64,000 nt of DNA from Phoronis australis (taxonomy: Eukaryota > Animalia > Phoronida): NCBI GenBank assembly GCA_002633005.1, contig NMRA01000633.1:149944-213943 (forward strand). The letters are read 5' to 3'. Within the stretch, counting starts at the first letter, position 1, and each line of letters starts with the position of its first letter. The notes beneath the pieces are model-generated. The model made no database searches, was not told where the DNA came from, and was given only the letters and a program-made list of their open reading frames with translations. This document shows, piece after piece, positions 1-13,360 of the stretch. The position numbers and the translations under genes were made by a program.

Positions 1-100
1 ATGGTACTCACCAAGTATTGGCAATGGTACTCACCAAGTATTGGTAATGGTACTCACCAAGTATTGGTAATGGTACTCACCAAGTATTGGCAATGGTACT
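1..100. repeat. 23-bp tandem repeat (ATGGTACTCACCAAGTATTGG[C/T]A), ~4 copies, truncated by window edge
   Basis: Unit directly visible four times from position 1. Confidence 0.95.
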
Positions 101-170
101 GTCAGAATAAATGTTGATTAGGTATGCAATTAGTAGAGTTAGTTTCATTGAAGTTGCCCAAAATTAGGGC

Positions 171-690
171 ATATTGTATTTACCTTAAAAAGCGCACTTA
201 GAAAAATTTGTTTCCTAAGGCGGGTGAAACCCGGTCTCTGCAAATGGGTCAGAGGGAGAGCTGTGATTCATCAAATTTACACTCTGTGACATTGGTGCAT
301 TGCTATCAAACTTCATTGTTAAATTATTATCATTTTACAGAAAATTCAGCTATAATCCCCAGGCAAAAACTCACTGATGAGTCACTGCCTCGCGATCGTC
401 GGTATGGCAACTTGAATATATAAAGTTTCGATTCAACAAATTTACCTGAAATCCTCTGAGGCACTAAATTTTTCCAAACCAACCCTAAGATTTTAAGTTC
501 TTGTGGAGTCGGGATTAACTATAGTTTTAGTCCAAATCTGCGCAAGGTTGTACCCTACAACATGAGAAAAAACTCTTGACGAACACCTCGGAAAACGCAA
601 TTATGTTGTTGTCACGCAATGTTCATTTTGACTGGAAAGTAGTACGTGCTTCCTGGCCACATGCTTTTAACACCAAGTTTTCAACTTTCA
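171..690 (+). mobile_element. Degenerate partial copy of the TA/CCGTA-terminus element at 19088-20210
   Basis: Shares blocks ATTCATCAAATTTAC, GCTATCAAACTTC, GGCAACTTGAAT, GTGGAGTCGGGATTAAC, TTCCTGGCCAC in the same order as 19140-19760; decayed TIR-like TATTGTATTTACCTTAAAAAGCGC at 171. Confidence 0.75.
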
Positions 691-3321
691 CGTTTTGAAT
701 GCAGTTTTCCGTCAGACAGCTCTTTGGTGCGTTGACCTGTTCTTTCATCTATTTTTCTACGTCTCCATGGTTAATTATTTACACATTTTTAAGATTTAAT
801 ATCCAAGTTGCACTCCAAACACAGGCATTTACCTCAGGCATGCAACACAAGATATTTGCTTGTGAAATTTACACTGCATTATTCTCGCACATCAACACAT
901 CATTTGCCTAATACATACAATGCGTTGTGCAAGTTTTTGACTTCAATTTAATCCATATGTGATCAAAACAATTGTCTGGCTTAATAGAGTCTTATTAAAT
1001 TGTGAATATGCAAATGAACTACTAATTTACAAACAGCCCTGGGTCCTCCAGAGTGCCGGAAACTATCCGAAATCCAGTTACCATTACAATTTCGCGAGTC
1101 TCTTTCTGCCAGACTGTAAATGAGAATAATTATATTTCAACATGGCGGACAAACACCTGATGCCGGTCATCGACAACTGAGGTCTGGCTACTCGTCAGAC
1201 ACTCCTCACGGTTACCACAACAAAAGAATTAGTTCTGTAATTTCATTTTGCCGTCACCTTGGACATTGTTAAACGTCATGCCATTTTGCATCTCTGATAG
1301 TGAAAATTCAAGGCATTTGCTCATCCACGTTTCTTAGGACGACACAGGAATACCTGGGATTAACCCCCACAGCATTGACATTAACCGAACAAAACAAGGC
1401 AGTTTTCATTATTTGTTTATTTCACTATCAAATAACGACGACATAATATTTGGAATTACTAGGGTTTTTTATATGTTCAAATTTATTTTTAAGTGTATCA
1501 GTTGTGAGTTTTTTAAAATTGTAATTTATAAACAAATTTCTTTTCCTTATTATACTTATACACACAGTTCTTCAGGAAGTCACCAGGTGGTGCTTGCTAC
1601 AACTTAAAATATTCACGATCTTAATGAAACAGCATCTCTAAGCACCCACAAAAAAGTAAGCACCAACCGCCAACTTCTTAAAATTTCCAATTTAAGAAAT
1701 AAGTGCTCATCTCCAACTTTTTAACACCCACACCCTGATTCCCAAGGCTTGCCAATTTCACTACTCAGAGCATTAAGCTGAATATTTACGACATCATTAG
1801 GGCGTTTGTTTTCCCGTTGCTCCCAACTTCTTCGATTCTATAGCCCAACAACAACTTGGGTGGCACTGAACAGTTAGGCTGTAGCAACAGGGCATTTTCT
1901 AGTCCCTAGAATTTAAATACAGGGCGTGTGTCAAGTTTGGCGGGAGGTTTGAGGAATTTGTTGAAAAAAATTGCCAGGAAAGTGATTTGCTTGTGTTTTT
2001 GAATGAGAAAAGCCAAGTTTTTTAGTCGCGACCCACTTTCCCTGCAAAACGGTGGCTGTCGATTGCTTTCAACCCGTCGTCTGCTGACTGAGAAAACGGG
2101 TGCGATTTCAGGTGGCTGTCAGACAGATCCAAATTGCGAAAAAAGTAGCTGGTAAGGGGCATACTATGACCACATTTTTAGAATCTAGAGAGAACGAGAA
2201 TTCTGAATCTGTTGTCAAATTTTTTCTAGCACTTGCAGGGAAGTAGTAAATTTGGGGAGAAAATGGTCAAATTTGGTGTTTTCTGGTCCTATTTTTCTGT
2301 GCCGGTATTTTTTCCCAATGTGAATTAGGCGATTAAAAATCTGTAGCAGAATTAAGTTTCACTAATCATGAGTAGTGCTTTTGAGTTTGTAAGGCCAAAA
2401 AAACCTTTTGTTTTTTCAGACTCTTGATAAGGACGTGAGACAAGGACTCGTCTCCACTTGGGTGTGTGTCGGCAGCCAAAACCCTGTTCTAACTGTAGTG
2501 TGCCCCCTTGGGAAGATCACCCCTGTAGCCAATATCTTACACGACTGATTAACTCCAATATGGCATTTATGTTTGGAGGGCCGGCTCTCTTTTGTTCGAT
2601 AATTGCTAATGTCTGATCAGATCATATCAGCCCGACTGGGCCGTGCTGCTAAAAATGAAAGTCAAGTTGTAACATATTTGAACATAAACCAATAGCATTT
2701 CTGAATTCCTTGTCAAATGCTATCATGTTTAGTTTTTGAATCACCAAAATCGCCCAACTACAACAGAAGTTAAGACAATCTATTCTGCAAGGTTTCAGTA
2801 AACCTTTGAAGCCTGGAAGATAATTGGCCTGCTTGTTGTCATACCGGACAAAAGACAGTGCTGGGCAGTTAACAAAGGAGCCAGATGTTATCGCACGCTC
2901 AGAACCCCTCACGTCTGGAAAAGTTGCTCAACGACTGAACGCCGTCATGTCCTTCGTGACACACATGGTTAGAGCGACATTCCGTTCAAAACTTCTAAGT
3001 TAATTGTGTCAAATGTCGAGTGAACTTTTACCTTATCAAGCACAGAATGAGACAATTAATGTGGAGACCATTTGGGCACAACTTTAAAAGAGTTCCCACC
3101 GTGACTATGTGTCTCAAAATGAATTTTATTAATACCTCTTAAGAGATTTAATAGTCTTTAGTACAAATGTTGCTAAGAAACAAGCCAAAAATTTTTTAAA
3201 ATATTTTTCTGTTATCGACTTTGTACGCAATGGGTGGAAGACCTTCTCAGCCATTGTTGTTTTTACCAGTGTGATACAGAGGAGTTGTGAGGAACGTCTG
3301 CTGAGAGTCGCCTTTTCAGAT

Positions 3322-3540
3322 ATGAAAAGGTGCGTTTGTGGAGGCTATAGTAACAGCAACTTGACTGAGAATCTCTCTGTGTTCAAACTTCCTAAAAGCA
3401 TGAAAGTTGCACAGAAATAGCATCGGTTTGAGCCCCGCACGAGAGTGTGGAATGTCACTGTGGAACATGCGGGTCAGTCGGAAGCCACTTCACACTTTGT
3501 TCGACACATTTCAAAGAATCATGTTTCGACCACACACAAA
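3322..3540 (+). pseudogene. THAP zinc-finger relic, probably transposon derived
   Basis: MKRCVCGGYSNSNLTENLSVFKLPKSMKVAQK* (stop where THAP has W), then after a frameshift TLCSTHFKESCFD, matching the THAP C2CH pattern C-x4-C ... FP ... W ... CSxHF. Confidence 0.75.
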
Positions 3541-4289
3541 AAACGGTGTTACGATGAAGGAATCACAACCTTGTAAGTGCTTTGCAAATTTTATAAATAA
3601 CAAGCAAACCCCTTCCATGCTAGGGCCAGTGATGCCAGGCCCTCGACCTAGGCCCAGATCGAGTGCTACTACAAGTAGGCTTATGCACTGTGTTTAGACT
3701 GGGCTCATTTCAGGTGGCAATAGTGAACACGAGTAACCCAGATTTGCTGTGTCCTTTGTCAGTGATTATTGTGTGTCTATTTTGTGAATATTGACCAACC
3801 CTTGGTTCAGTTGGTTGTGACTCCCATAAGTCTGCAGCATTTCTCGTGCAAGTGGGTTGAGCTCATGCGACCTCAAAGTCGACGGAAGTTCACTAAATGG
3901 GTAATTGAATTCATTGTCTCATTCTTCAAGTACTTATTGAGTATGTTGCTCATATCCACTCTCCTCTCTGTCTGCAAAATGACTGTCCAGTTCTCGCTCA
4001 AAATCGCCCTCGTCTTTCAACCTGCTGTTCCAACATTGCAATTGATTGTCAAGTGGCCAAACGTCTTCCACCCATTGCATCATTTGGTGGGAAACGCAGA
4101 AATAACTAATGTTTCTTCAAAATTAATAAAATTGCAACTATTTGGCATAAAAGGTGCTTTTTTAGTTAGATTTTATGGTATTCATTTCTTATTAGAAAAC
4201 TGAAACCTCAAACTAAGAAAATTCATGGTGGTAACTTTTTAAATGTTGTGCCTTAGTCATCATAACACCAATTGGTGGTTCTCACTTAC

Positions 4290-4353
4290 CTGAGCATTGA
4301 TAACTTGTGGGACTCATAGCATTTCGCTTCTGGACAAATGCTGGTCGACCTTG
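4290..4353 (-). CDS. Candidate internal exon (64 bp, QGRPAFVQKRNAMSPTSYQCS) of an unidentified gene
   Basis: Acceptor TTTCTTATTGTAG, donor CAG|GTAAGTGAG, open in phase 0 and compatible with exon 13361-13447. Confidence 0.55.
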
Positions 4354-4759
4354 CTACAATAAGAAACCATTAAAAATAAAAAAACATGTCTCATAACGCT
4401 GGTTAACACCATCACCAAATTCTTACTTGTTGTCACACACCTCTCTTCTTACAACAATGTTTGGCTACAGTGTTTTCTCTATTAGTTTGGCTACAGTGTT
4501 TTCTCTATTAGTTCATACAGTAAGAGTCTGAGAGAAAAATAGTTTGTGCACATATTTGCATCGGAAAAAATAATTCGTACACACTTTCTGGACAGGTAAA
4601 ATGGGAATATGTATTCTTATAAAAGAACACAAATCAATAAGCGCTAATTCTATTCAGATAATCGGAATCCATGGCTTGATATACTACGCTAGTATAGGGC
4701 TCAAAAAATCCTTTTTGAAATCGTCGTTTTTGGTGACAGCAAGATTTTCCAGTGTGTCG

Positions 4760-4995
4760 CCAAATGGTGGTAAAAATGTTAGAACAGTGGATTATCTCAA
4801 CAAAGGTTATGTTGCCCTCAGTTTAGTCCTTCGCCAATAAATTGACAAAATTGCAAAGTACTAGTACCATGCGGTCCTGCTGCGTTGTTAGAGCGATTAC
4901 AGTGCGCAGACAACGAGTCAACACCCAGCCTTCCACATGTATTGCAACTATTCTCACATGGCAACAGTGCAGCACACGTGCAAGCTTCACAATAG
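4760..4995 (+). mobile_element. Diverged fragment homologous to the interior (28670-28870) of the 2.4-kb element
   Basis: CAAAGGTT..TTGCCCTCAG.TTAGTC, ACAAAATTGC, GTGCGCAGAC, CGTGCAAGCTTCAC shared in order. Confidence 0.65.
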
Positions 4996-5036
4996 AACTG
5001 TACATCTATTTTTACATGCACTGTTGTGTATTGCAG

Positions 5037-5277
5037 GTGACAGAACTTTTGTTGTGCACTGCGGGTGACGGAACTTTTGTCGCATGCTGTGGATGACAGA
5101 GTTTGCCATGCACTATGGGTGATGGAACTTTTGTCATGTACTCTGCGTGACCGAAATTTTGTTGTGTACTGTGAGTGACAGAACTTTTGTTGTGCACTCT
5201 GGGTGACAGAACTTGTTGAGTACTGTGGGTGACAGAACTTGCATGCGCTGTGGGTGATAGAACATGTCATGTACTGT
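5037..5277. repeat. ~27-30-bp minisatellite (GTGACAGAACTTTTGTTGTGCACTG..), ~8 copies; resumes at 10751-10787
   Basis: Unit directly visible; same unit reappears at 10751. Confidence 0.9.
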
Positions 5278-5923
5278 TTCGTCCCGTCCACACACAGCCT
5301 ACCCTAAACAACATAACGCTAAACCCTCGTGAGAGACCGCCCCGAGTTGGCTGCTGGAGCAACTCGGGGCGGTCTGGGATCAAGCGGAAAAACCACAGGG
5401 TAGATCTGTGGTCGACGAATCTATTCGGTCCATTACATTTTATTGCCCGTGAAGCCGCTAAGGGCTGCCTGAAGAAATATGACTTGCGCGTTTGTATTTT
5501 CGCCTTTTTGAATGACATATAAAAGATTCATCAACAAATTCCTCGTAAAGTTCTGAAAACAAGCGTTTTTCTCCCACGAAAATCGATGAAGTTTTGGCCG
5601 AGATATTTCACTTTCAGTCCAGGCTAGCCCTGCACACTCAGAGAATCGTCACACAAGATTACTACGCGGTAATGCGGTTTCACTGTCAACAAAGGAAGAC
5701 GTCAACATCGACTTATAATTGTCATTTTTAAACTATTTGCATGTTAAATTATCAAAATGTAAGTAAAATCGTACTCTATATTTTAACAAGAAAACAGCAA
5801 CTTCATTTTGGTGAACATGTCTATAAGGACCTAACTCGTGCATGGTGAGTAGTGAGTCCGGCCAACACGCGAGGATGGCTGTGTTGTTGTTTTTGCTCTC
5901 AACTCAAAAGTTGCTGTTTCAAA

Positions 5924-6131
5924 ATGGAAGATGGACAGAAAATGCAGGCAGTTGACGAAAACGGCCATTGGTAGGAAGCAATTGAGCGGGGAGTAAATGA
6001 CAGCGCTCGGAATTCACGTCGGTTTTCCTGGATGGCCGTCTGAGTTTGACCAGCTCGTCGAGCCGTGATTCGTGAGAGGCTGAGCCGATCGACTACGTCG
6101 GGCTCGGTACCTGGACCTGGTGAAGAAAACC
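5924..6131 (+). pseudogene. Decayed exon encoding a Tudor-knot/chromo-barrel-like domain
   Basis: MEDGQKMQAVDENGHW*EAIERGVNDSA /frameshift/ GIHVGFPGWPSEFDQLVEP*FVR; AAAATGG start context, GTAAGT donor at 6132. Confidence 0.6.
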
Positions 6132-7149
6132 GTAAGTATTTTTTGTCATCCCTTATGCTCGCATGATGCTGTTGGCTGTATAGATAAAGTATACTGTGTT
6201 TGCGTGGGATTTTGTGTTCATGAAATTACAGACTATGTACTTGTACCACATTTAAAGTCAGAGAAACATTGTTACTTAGTGAACGATAAACGTCTGGATG
6301 AATATACCATGGTGCCTTCAATGTTGCGTTTTTTTTTGTAAAGTAGATTTACTGTAACAAGTCCGATGTTGTCGGATTGAATTGGTATTCCGGGATTTTC
6401 AATGCCAGTAGCAGATCCAGAATTTTTGGAATGGTGTTCGCAAATGAAATAATGTCAAGCCATTGTTTTAAATTAACATTTAAGTTTTATTAATAAGAGG
6501 TGGAGACAGCAATCTTCAGCCGTGTCTTTGTTACCTTGTTCTCATTTCTTTACATTTGTTTATGTTTCATTTCCTTGTTTTCTGTAGATCCCCCCAACCC
6601 CCTTGCTATAGTGCACTCTCTGTTGACTGAATTTGATGACATAATATATTGATAAGCCATTGTATTCTGCATACCAGTACTAGCTTAACCCTTAGTCCTG
6701 CACACCTGGCCCTATTGTTCACTCTTGACTTTTGTTTACAAAATAATCCAGTCCAGTCTACACCCTGATTGCTTAGTTTAATATTTACCAGTGAGTAAAC
6801 TGTATTTCACTTGTTGAACCTTTTCTTACTATCATGCAGCTCTTGCTTGACAGTGCACATGTACTTTTATCTCCTCTTTTTCGAACCACTCATTAAAGCG
6901 TTTTATGGGGTTTGGTTTCTTTTCATGAATGTTTTCATCGTTGGTTTCTAATTCGTTCAACTGCTTCCCAAAACTCCTGAGTCCTGAGCATTGAGCAACA
7001 CTCAACAATCCCTCTAAAAAATGATGCCCTTCCAAACAGTGATGTGACCTTCTGACTACATGAGTGTAAGCTGTGGTACACTACTGCACGTGCACAAGGT
7101 CATCAGCACCAGAAGTTTTAAAATCACACCACCAAAACTGTGACTGTTT

Positions 7150-8500
7150 ACATTTCAGAGAGCTTGCCGTGACAATTTCAAGAAGGTATACCGCTTGACA
7201 GTTGCATTTATGTACACGTTGAAGCCTGGAGAATACAGACTTGATCAGGGCTTGGGATTTCCGTCTTTTAAGAGGAATTCCTTTTTTGGTGTCGATTTTC
7301 TCTGATTGGATTTCCAGTTTCCTCTTTTTATGATTTTTTCGACTTCATTAAATGTTTAGTTCAGGTAAATTTTACATCCAAAAATGTCTATCACCCAAAC
7401 CTATTTTTTGTGTATCATACATCAGCTGGAAATTTCTCCGCTGTTTTTGTTATTGCTCATTCCAAGCTCTGCTTATTTTTCGTGAAGTAACTAGAATGGA
7501 TTTCATAACATACCAGTTTATTGTACTGGATTCTTCTTGGGTTTATCAACTGTAAACTAACACTAATAGGAGCATAGGATAATAGCCACCTGTCTTAAGT
7601 TCGCACAAAAGTAGAGTACAAAATTCCAAACGTAATTTCGAGTTCCAATTCCTGTAAAAAGATCAATGACAGGGCCCAGGTATCAATTCCGGTATTTTTG
7701 GCACTTAATCGTGTTTGAAAGTGTTGTACTGTGTTTGGAAATTTGTTTGAAAAGCTGTTTTTTTTTGCTGAACAGCGTATGACCTTACTGGATTTAAGGG
7801 CCCCACCAGAGCATTTATTAGTGTGCCCTCCACTCATTTCCAATGTTCTATGTATATCAAATGCTTTGAGATGCCAGCAGGGTAGTATTCTGCATGCAGC
7901 TTTGTTGACCATTGTGGTCAGTGAGAATGTCCTACTCACATGTGTATGAATGCATAGTGTGTGCACCTCATTCATGTACCACACCAGTATTGCCTGTGTG
8001 GTTATGGAAATGTGTAAGCTGCTTGTGTTGTATGGGCATTGTTGAGCTTGAAATGCTAGTTTTACTCCTATAAAACTAGGGATGTATTTATTGCGACATG
8101 TCTCCGTTATTGTTGTTACTAGTTTATTGCTTAACCAGTGTATCTATTTTGAATATTCTTCAAGCCTTGGATGACTGATCTTTTCAGTTTAGGATAGTTA
8201 TTGTTTGCATCCCAAGAAATGAATTACATACTGTCTTTTTTAGTATTTTTATTCAGTGACTCCTGGTGTGGTTTTGAAAATGGTTGTTTTTTAGGCTGAA
8301 ATGCAGATTTTTTACCAAGTTCTGCAATGACCCTGTCATTTCCACATGGTTATCTTGAAAAGCAAATTCTTGTATACATATTATTGTCATCTTGTGAGGT
8401 GTGCAATTTATTGCGGTTTTCAGTGACTGGTTCCACCAGGGATAGCAGTATTGTGCACCTACCGGTACTTTGCTCAAACCCATGTTTCATATTATTATAT
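7150..8500 (-). mobile_element. Very degenerate non-LTR retrotransposon ORF2 relic
   Basis: Fragments in expected order on minus strand: YPWWNQSLKTAI, KNTGID, TFLDVK, then GNP..FNVYINA; many stops and frameshifts. Confidence 0.4.
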
Positions 8501-11500
8501 TGATAACTTTTCCTCGTGAAGGTAGTGATCTCAGCAGTTATATCACTTATGGTGTTTTGTCAAGTAGTAGAACCTTGTACTGCTATGACACAAATTTTGA
8601 AGGTTTCTATGTTGTAGTTAAGTCCCACTTTAAATATTTTGCTCACCATGTGAGTTATTGTTTACATGGAGGGATTCATACTTATGGATGATCTCATCAG
8701 GGATTGCATGTAACACTATTTGGGTGTGTATATTTGTTACATGTTCATTGTATAAAGTGTATTGTTTATATTGCAGAGTTTATAATTGTTAGTTAAAAAG
8801 ATTTCGGTAGGTTATCTCAACAGTGCTTAGTGCATGTTTTGCTCATCCTGTGAAATGTAATATTTATACTGAAGAGTTTATCATCGCTAGTGCCTGTGTC
8901 CCTTATTGCTTTTCCCATAGTATGAACAACTAGTCATGTTAACGTTTGAAATTCTCATGTACAATATATATTACACTCTTCCGAAATCTTACACTTATTT
9001 TCATTGCCCAAGCACTAATCTGAAGAGTGGCCTACTAGTTATGTGGAATGCGCACAATGCATTGTTAAAGCGAGGTGATCGTATGCCGCTGGGTTTTTGT
9101 TTTCTTACTCTTTGTGAACGCAGTGCCTGTAACTCGCATTTATTCCTAAGTTTATGCAATCATTTTAAATTACAAAAAATGTAACCCTGGGAACCGGTGG
9201 GGCAGTTAAATTTTGACATCGACAATATATACGTGTCATTTGAAGTAGTAGCCCGTTGTAGGGGGCCACGACCAAAAATATGGGTACACATCACATGTTT
9301 AACCACAAAAGTGAAAGAGTTACTTTTTCAGGTAAGCGACGCGTTGCGCGCTTTGGTTGTTTTTGTCCGTTTTAGGTGGCAAGTGGCGCTTTTTTCTTTG
9401 ACGATTTCGCTGAGGTACGTTTCAGAAAATCGTACTGTAGGCCTAAGTCATTTTTTCTGTGCCAGTTAATTTAGGTACACAGCAACTGAAAAAAATGGAT
9501 AAATCACGTCATTTTAAATCTCCATATCGCTCCGTTATGGCAACTTCGACTTAGATGGATTTTGGCTCTTTCAAACACTCCACCATGCTCTATTTTTTGA
9601 AGTTCGTTAACGAAAACGCGTACCAGGATGTAAGGTTCGTGCCCTCCCCCTCTAGTTTTAGTTGGCAATTTTGACATGAAGATGATGGTGATATTTATGC
9701 GTTCCTTGACGAGAATTCCAGCAAGTCAAGTTTTGCCTAATTCAGCTTTTCATTCATTTTTATACCGTGTATTGTCACTGGCAAAATAAAATACCATCAA
9801 GATTTTAGTCTAGATGTTTCCTAACTCGGTTTTTGGCCATAACACTAGTTATAGGAATCTGATTATGAGCGCGCAAGAGAAGACGGAACATATTTGCGAC
9901 GTTTCATTTACTCAAAGTTAATGAGCCTAAACGTCAGAAAATATTTGTTTTCTCTTTCTCGCTTATAATGATTTTCAAGGGTTTCCGTTATTCAATTTCG
10001 GCAAGGTCGTCGCTTTCTTGCAAAACTACCGATTGGATGATCAATTACGCGCTTATTTGCTCTCCCTTTTAACGTTGATCATCGTCAATACACCTCCAAA
10101 CATTGCACATCGTCTTTGCGCAAACTACATTGAGATTTAAGTATCCCGAAAAAAGTTGACGATCGGATAGTGTTTAAAAGTCTAATTCTAAATTTCTCCA
10201 GTTAGTGCACAAATGAAGTAAAAGAAAGTAGTTCCGCTTGTCGCGTCAGCTGTTGGTATCATTATCTCGATTTATGACCCACAACGCATGACTGGACAAA
10301 GCCTTTTCAAATTAGCCGGTGGAGCGCGAGACCCCTGAGGTCCCAATCGAGTCCGCACGACAACTCTGCGTTATGAACTTGCACTAGTGCAACTTACCCC
10401 ACTACTGATTGGAGTATCCACACACATATCCAAGTCTAATGTAAGGCGGAAGGTGTCGCTCTATGCATGGCAATGAACGCCTAATGCGAGTACGGCACGC
10501 AAAAGAAAACCAGTCTATATGTAACAGCAGCTGATTCCGCCCTCACCCCCCTTTTGCGGCCACAAAGAGATTACAAGTGGCACAAGTTCCTCCAGAACAA
10601 GTTTCCCCAACTCGATCATGTGGAGCAAGTTGTCACAAGTGGGGTAAGGTCCGCTAATTTATATAGCGTCCACACCGCACTCAAACCTAGCGACAACTTG
10701 CTCCAGGAATTACTTGTTCTAGGGCAAGTCTGCGTGTGAACGGCACTTAAGTGACAGAACTTTTGTCATGCACTGTATGTGACAGAGCCTTTAAAGCCCT
10801 TATGAGCTATTCTCTAGAGTAAAAAAAATCATCAACATTCTTCACACGAGTATCTGTTCATCCAAGGGAATAGGATAGCCTTCTATGTTTCCTTTTAATT
10901 CATATTGGTTATAAGATGAGTGTATTTCCTGTGACGGCCATATTGCCTTTAGGTAACACGCAACACAGACCTGCTCTGAACTGTGAAGCAGTAAGAGTCA
11001 GGTCTTCCTTTACAAACTTCTGATTTGAGTAAAGAACAAGATGAGACCACGTTCAACAGCAGGTGGCCTCAATCACAATGTTCTTTCTGGCAGAGGGCGC
11101 TGGTTTTATTGCCTGTTTATCAGGAATAACTGAATCTGAACAATGGTGGAATATTTTTTCAGAAAAGACTTGTGATTTACTGCACTCACAATCAAAGCCA
11201 TAAGTGGCGAATTGGAACGATTAGAATGTAGAGTATGTAGAAGCTTTTTGAATCTATATTTCTATTCTATGGAAAGTCATTGCCATGGTATTCATTTTTT
11301 ACTATCTCAACACAATGTGCCTTTAGTAGAGTCACATAACTATGAGGTTTTGCACTTGTTGCTAGAGTTTGCTAAAAAAACTTCAAATTATTTATGATCT
11401 AAATCGGACTTCAATTGATAAGGTTTAGCCATTATTAGTAAGAAACATTATTTTGTGACTACTAAAACCTGGATTCAAAAAAGCAGACTTCTTGTAAACT

Positions 11501-12692
11501 AGGCAACTACATCGTCCTAGATGCTGGAGGTTGGCCCGAGGGGCTATGTGATGCCTACTTGTAAACAGGCTTCTGCCATTCAAGCCAAGTTGCAACAGGC
11601 AAGTAAATAGTGACAATGAAACCAGACTCTGTGAGAATTTAAGAGCAGGATGTTACCAAATGGCACCAGGTCAACACACAGAGATCAGTTAGAACTGCGC
11701 TGTGTAAACAGAACCAAGACTTGGATGGCCTGAAAAGTCGTGAGTGATGCTGGAACAGGTCACAGTAATCCAATGGGGATGTTGGAAAAAGTAAATTCTC
11801 ATTTGATTAGTCAACCAATGTATGTTCTAGCCGGAAAATTAATATATCACAGCTAAAATTATTGATTATGTAATGTAAAATTGACAAAATCAGATGTTTA
11901 ATGCCAATATGAAGTAGAATAAATGTATTTATTGACAGGATTATTTGAACTTGTTACTTCAGCTTTCTTGTACCTATAATCATAGCTGACTAATCCCCAC
12001 AGTTGTACTTGTTTCTTGGATTTTCTTAGAAACACTTGGCTTTTTAAGTCAATTTAGCACATACAACAACTGGTCAGAGATGCTTGGAAGCAGCGATCTT
12101 GTTCACTGAATTGGATCAACACACAGCAGTGATGTGTGTTAACAATTATAACGAACAGTTTCAAACTCAGGGTTTATTTGGCACAGAATTTTGTAGAGTT
12201 CCATGTCAAGCTTATTTAAGAAGTTGAGCCAGTGTGACATGTTGGAGAGTGTGATTCACTAACTAGTCCAGAGTAGACCGTGCACAGAACATACTTAAAC
12301 AAACTGACTTGTGCCATTGTACACTACAATCAAAGACTTCAACAGAACCTGAAGTTGTATTACATTCACTGCATACCCCAGCACAATGCCGGGTATATCA
12401 CGGACACACTAAAGTGATATTCAATGCAAATCCCAGCACAATGTCAGGTATATCACCCACACACTATAGTGATATTGGTGATATTCATCACACAGACATA
12501 ACTACAGGAGGCCTCATGTCATTGTCATACCAGGCTTGAATCGGCCACCACACTGAACATTGGTTTGCCAGTTCACAGCAGCATTGCTCAAGTGTGACAA
12601 TCCCTGAACATGGATATTGAAGTACAGCTTTGACATCTCAGCCTGACAGCTTCAACAGCACCCAGCTTAGTGAGTGCAGTGTAACCTCTTAC

Positions 12693-12743
12693 CATTCCCA
12701 CATTAACTGAGGACAGACACGCCATGTAGCCTCCCTGTGCCAT
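12693..12743 (-). CDS. Candidate alternative first coding exon (MAQGGYMACLSSVNVGM)
   Basis: AAGATGG start context, phase-0 donor ATG|GTAAGA, in frame with exon 4290-4353. Confidence 0.3.
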
Positions 12744-13360
12744 CTTTATCAGCCAGCAAGCAAGCACCACGCATTCCTCAAAGGCCTTGAAAATGACCCA
12801 ACTACCTAACACTAGTGGGTTAATAGATGGTCAGATTTGAAACACAGCTGATCAAGAAATCCCTGCTTTCATTCACGCATACTTGAGAGCCAGTGACCTT
12901 TTACAATAAATTAATTAACCCCAGATGTCAGTCAGAGGAGGGACAGCTCAGTTGACTTATCACACATAAAGAATTGATGGAGAGGGTGTGTCCACTGGTG
13001 AAAGTAGTTCTAATATGGCTAAATAAGTATTGCCTGTATTCAACCACTCACTTGGCCAGTCTCAAAGCCCTGCCCCATAACATTGACATTCCTGTACTTT
13101 ATCACCAGGCTAAAGTGTCAGTTACTTAAAGGCCAAACCATCTCAACATTAAACATTTACAAAGGGCAACATCACAATGAATCCCAAGACAAACCATTTC
13201 CAAAAGTATGTGTGCTGTTTTTAGGTGTCCCTTGCCATGGGAATCAAAGAATTATTAAAAAGTAAACAAGTAGAATAAATTGCCAAACCAAGGTATTTTG
13301 GCACTATTCTCTCTCTCTAAAGCCAATCAAATGGCAGCTAGTTGCGCTGAATAGTCTTAC

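Larger units (their letters stand above)
5278..10750. mobile_element. Composite ~5.5-kb insertion block interrupting the minisatellite, with PIF/Harbinger-like ends
   Basis: Same minisatellite on both sides; left end GTCCCGTCCACACACAGCCTACCCTA resembles revcomp of right end GTGCCGTTCACACGCAGACTTGCCCTA; subterminal palindromes at both ends; TSD unclear. Confidence 0.5.

Noticed and set aside
2420-2650. Possible SINE body
   Set aside because: No clear A/B boxes, tail or second copy in the window
3750-4100. Coding-like minus-strand stretch as next exon of the hidden gene
   Set aside because: Stops in all three minus frames and no convincing splice pair; the 144-aa plus ORF has no recognisable motif
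4818-5291. 157-aa Cys/His-rich ORF
   Set aside because: Spans a minisatellite and a transposon fragment
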